A stretch of DNA of 64,000 nucleotides, from positions 736,001 to 800,000 of the forward strand of contig OY970166.1 in NCBI GenBank assembly GCA_963706595.1, given 5' to 3'. The notes under the pieces were generated by a model. It ran no database searches. It worked only from the letters and a program-made list of their open reading frames with translations, and was not told where the DNA came from. The translations under genes and the position numbers were made by a program. This stretch comes from an uncultured cyanobacterium. GTDB lineage: Bacteria; Cyanobacteriota; Cyanobacteriia; Cyanobacteriales; Nostocaceae. The stretch's first letter is position 1. Each line of letters begins with the position of its first letter. Below are positions 61,949 to 64,000 of this stretch, one piece after another.

Positions 61949-62605
61949 ATGATCTCAGGGGAAATTAAAAGTCAAATCGATAAAATCTGGGATGCTTTCT
62001 GGTCGGGTGGTATCTCTAATCCCCTGGAAGTGATTGAGCAAATTACTTACCTGCTGTTTCTGCGTCGCCTCGACGATTTACATACTCTGGAAGAAAACAA
62101 AGCCAACCGACTCAAGCGCCCGATGGAACGGCGGATTTTTCCAGAGGGTGAAGATATTAAAAAGCGTGCTTATGATGACTTGCGGTGGTCGAGGTTTAAG
62201 CACTTGGCAGCACCGGAAATGTTTGCGGTAGTTAAGCTCTTCTAAGGCACATAAGGAACTGCGGCGTTTGTTGGTGGAGGAGCAGAAGTTAGGTGCTGTC
62301 CCGACGGCGGAGGTGTTGAGTCGTTGGCGATCTGCTTTGCAGCAGCGCTTCGCTATCGCGCAATAGTACAGAACAAGAGCGATCTGCTTTGCAGCAGCGC
62401 TTCGCTATCGCGCACGGCTCAGAGTTTTTGCGTACCCAAGGTTGATATTGCTTCTCAGGGGTATGACTTGAGCCTGAATCGTTACAAGGAAGTGGTGCAT
62501 GAAGAGGTGGAACATCGCGCACCTCAAGACATTCTGGCTGATTTGGCCAAGCTAGAAACCGAGATTCAGCAGGGGATGAAGGATTTGGAGGCATTGTTAA
62601 AATAG
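61949..62605 (+). pseudogene. hsdM: Type I restriction-modification methyltransferase with large internal deletions
   Basis: Only three pieces remain: N-terminal IDKIWDAFWSGGISNPLEVIEQITYL, middle SSKAHKELRRLLVEEQKL and C-terminal QSFCVPK...YDLSLNRY. Catalytic motifs are missing. Confidence 0.85.
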
Positions 62606-62621
62606 TTAATACAAGCTAACT

Positions 62622-63206
62622 ATGGGAGAAAAAGCAATGACAGTTGCAGCCGCTAAAAAGATGTCTTTTGAAGAATTCCTTAATTATGACGATGGGACGG
62701 ATACTTTATATGAATTAGAAAATGGAGAATTAATTCCGATGCCTTCGGAAAGTGATATTAATCAAAGGATAGCGATGTTTTTGGTTGCTTGTTTCTTGCG
62801 ATTAGGAATTCCATCTTATCAGCTGCGGATGAAGGCAGAGGTAGCTGTTCATAGCCGACAGGTAGGGGTACGTGTGCCTGATGTGGTGGTTTATTCTGAG
62901 GAGTTAGCCAAAGTAATGCAAGAGGCTACGCGATCGCTGATTTTGATGGATATGCCGCCGCCTTTGTTGGTGGTTGAGGTGGTGAGTCCGAATCAGGAAA
63001 ATCGGGATTATCGTTATAAGCGTTCTGAGTATGCAGCGCGGGGAATTGCTGAGTATTGGATTGTTGATCCGATGGGGCAGAAGGTGACGATGTTGGAGTG
63101 GGTGGAGGGTTTTTATGATGAGCGAGTTTATACAGGGAGTGAGGTAATTTGTTCGCCGTTGTTTGCTGATTTGAAGTTAACTGTGGCTGAGGTTTTACAG
63201 GGATGA
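62622..63206 (+). CDS. Uma2-family (DUF820) endonuclease-like protein
   Basis: YELENGEL, RVPD, LVVEVVSP and YAARGIAEYWIVDP. Confidence 0.92.
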   Translation: MGEKAMTVAAAKKMSFEEFLNYDDGTDTLYELENGELIPMPSESDINQRIAMFLVACFLRLGIPSYQLRMKAEVAVHSRQVGVRVPDVVVYSEELAKVMQEATRSLILMDMPPPLLVVEVVSPNQENRDYRYKRSEYAARGIAEYWIVDPMGQKVTMLEWVEGFYDERVYTGSEVICSPLFADLKLTVAEVLQG

Positions 63207-63209
63207 AAT

Positions 63210-63506
63210 ATGATGAAAACTATTAATGAAATTCGACAAGTTTTATCACTACAAAAGCAATCGCTCTGTGAAATTTATCAAATTACAGAAATTGGCATCT
63301 TTGGTTCTTATGCTAGGGGTGAGGAAACAGAAGCAAGTGATATAGATATTTTGGTTGATTATCAAACAGCACCGACTTTTATTATGTTGGTGGAACTTAG
63401 GGATTATTTAAGTCAGCTTTTTGGCTTGAAGGTAGATATTGTTACTAAAAATGGGTTAAAGCCTCGAATGCGCGATCGCGTATTGTCTGAGGCTATCTAT
63501 ATATGA
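63210..63506 (+). CDS. Minimal nucleotidyltransferase (MNT/MntA-type antitoxin)
   Basis: GIFGSYARG...SDIDILVD and KVDIV. Confidence 0.9.
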   Translation: MMKTINEIRQVLSLQKQSLCEIYQITEIGIFGSYARGEETEASDIDILVDYQTAPTFIMLVELRDYLSQLFGLKVDIVTKNGLKPRMRDRVLSEAIYI

Positions 63507-63513
63507 AACGAAG

Positions 63514-63826
63514 GTATCCCCTCAATATTTCGGGGTTAAGAGTTATTGGGGCATCAATGAATAACCAAAGGAATGAAGAGAAGACTGCTCACGAATAATA
63601 GTTGCCAAAGAGGGAATATTCCCAAGATGAGAAATACGGTCACGCACATACTCAAAAAAGCTAATTCCTAACTTACGAGTAGTAGCAACAAGGGACATAA
63701 AAGTATCCCAAGCCTGAGTACCTTCTAGAGTTTGAGTAGCATAACTAATATTACGTCGCTGCACCATCGTCCTGGCAGCTAACTCCGCTGGATTATTATG
63801 CAAAGGTAACTCAGGATGCTCTAAAA
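63514..63826 (-). mobile_element. IS66-family 3' remnant
   Basis: End GTATCCCCTCAA; minus strand LPLHNNPAELAAR...SLVATTRKLGIS. Confidence 0.8.
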
Positions 63827-64000
63827 CCCACATTCCGCACCTTCAACTGTCACAAGCGGTAATTACTGAAAGAAAAATGTAAATAAAGAATAAAATCAGA
63901 CATTTGTAGGGAGAAAAGATTTTGACCAGTCATTAATCTGACAAAATAGCATCAGAATGTATTGTCAATAAGGAGGAATAAAAATGAGAACTAAATTTAT
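63827..64000 (-). mobile_element. IS1634-family right end, running off the window
   Basis: Near-identical to the sequence from 40125 onward. Confidence 0.85.

Noticed and set aside
62289..62605. 93-aa and 101-aa ORFs as independent genes
   Set aside because: They derive from the hsdM C-terminal remnant plus repeat insertions, or its antisense strand.
1..64000. tRNA, rRNA or riboswitch genes
   Set aside because: None were recognisable by eye; a covariance-model scan (tRNAscan-SE, Rfam) would be needed to exclude small RNAs.

Overview
Window from a heterocystous-type (Nostocales-like) cyanobacterium, inferred from abundant HIP1 GCGATCGC octamers, Nostoc-style small dispersed repeats and gene content. 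It holds three accessory blocks separated by clusters of broken IS elements. (1) 2.2-16.6 kb: a co-oriented four-gene module encoding a helical lipoprotein, a fusion of helical N-domain + caspase-like (C14) protease + alpha/beta-hydrolase, and two paralogous caspase-STAND NTPase-WD40 proteins. One paralog has a transmembrane helix; the other is soluble, has a TPR-like tail and carries one in-frame TAA. This is the best candidate for an undescribed protease-cascade immunity or cell-death system. (2) 17.9-39.9 kb: a polysaccharide biosynthesis cluster (WecB/TagA, Wzc-like, ABC exporter, about 9 further glycosyltransferases, FkbM methyltransferase, Wzy-like, acyltransferase). It is bracketed by 62-bp inverted repeats that look like IS4-family ends and supply the stop codons of both terminal genes. 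(3) 40.4-54.2 kb: a phosphonate C-P lyase cluster (phnCDE, phnF, phnH, two phnM, phnG, I, J, K, L) with a FosA-like gene between phnI and phnJ, a 2H phosphoesterase, relics of ptxD and a phnZ-like gene, Pho-box-like repeats and a duplicated candidate PhnF operator. The right end contains ISAs1, IS1634, IS630 and IS66 remnants, a ParB-like fragment, a GH29 fucosidase, an hsdM pseudogene, a Uma2 nuclease and an orphaned MNT antitoxin. All family assignments come from motif recognition by eye; no database searches were run.
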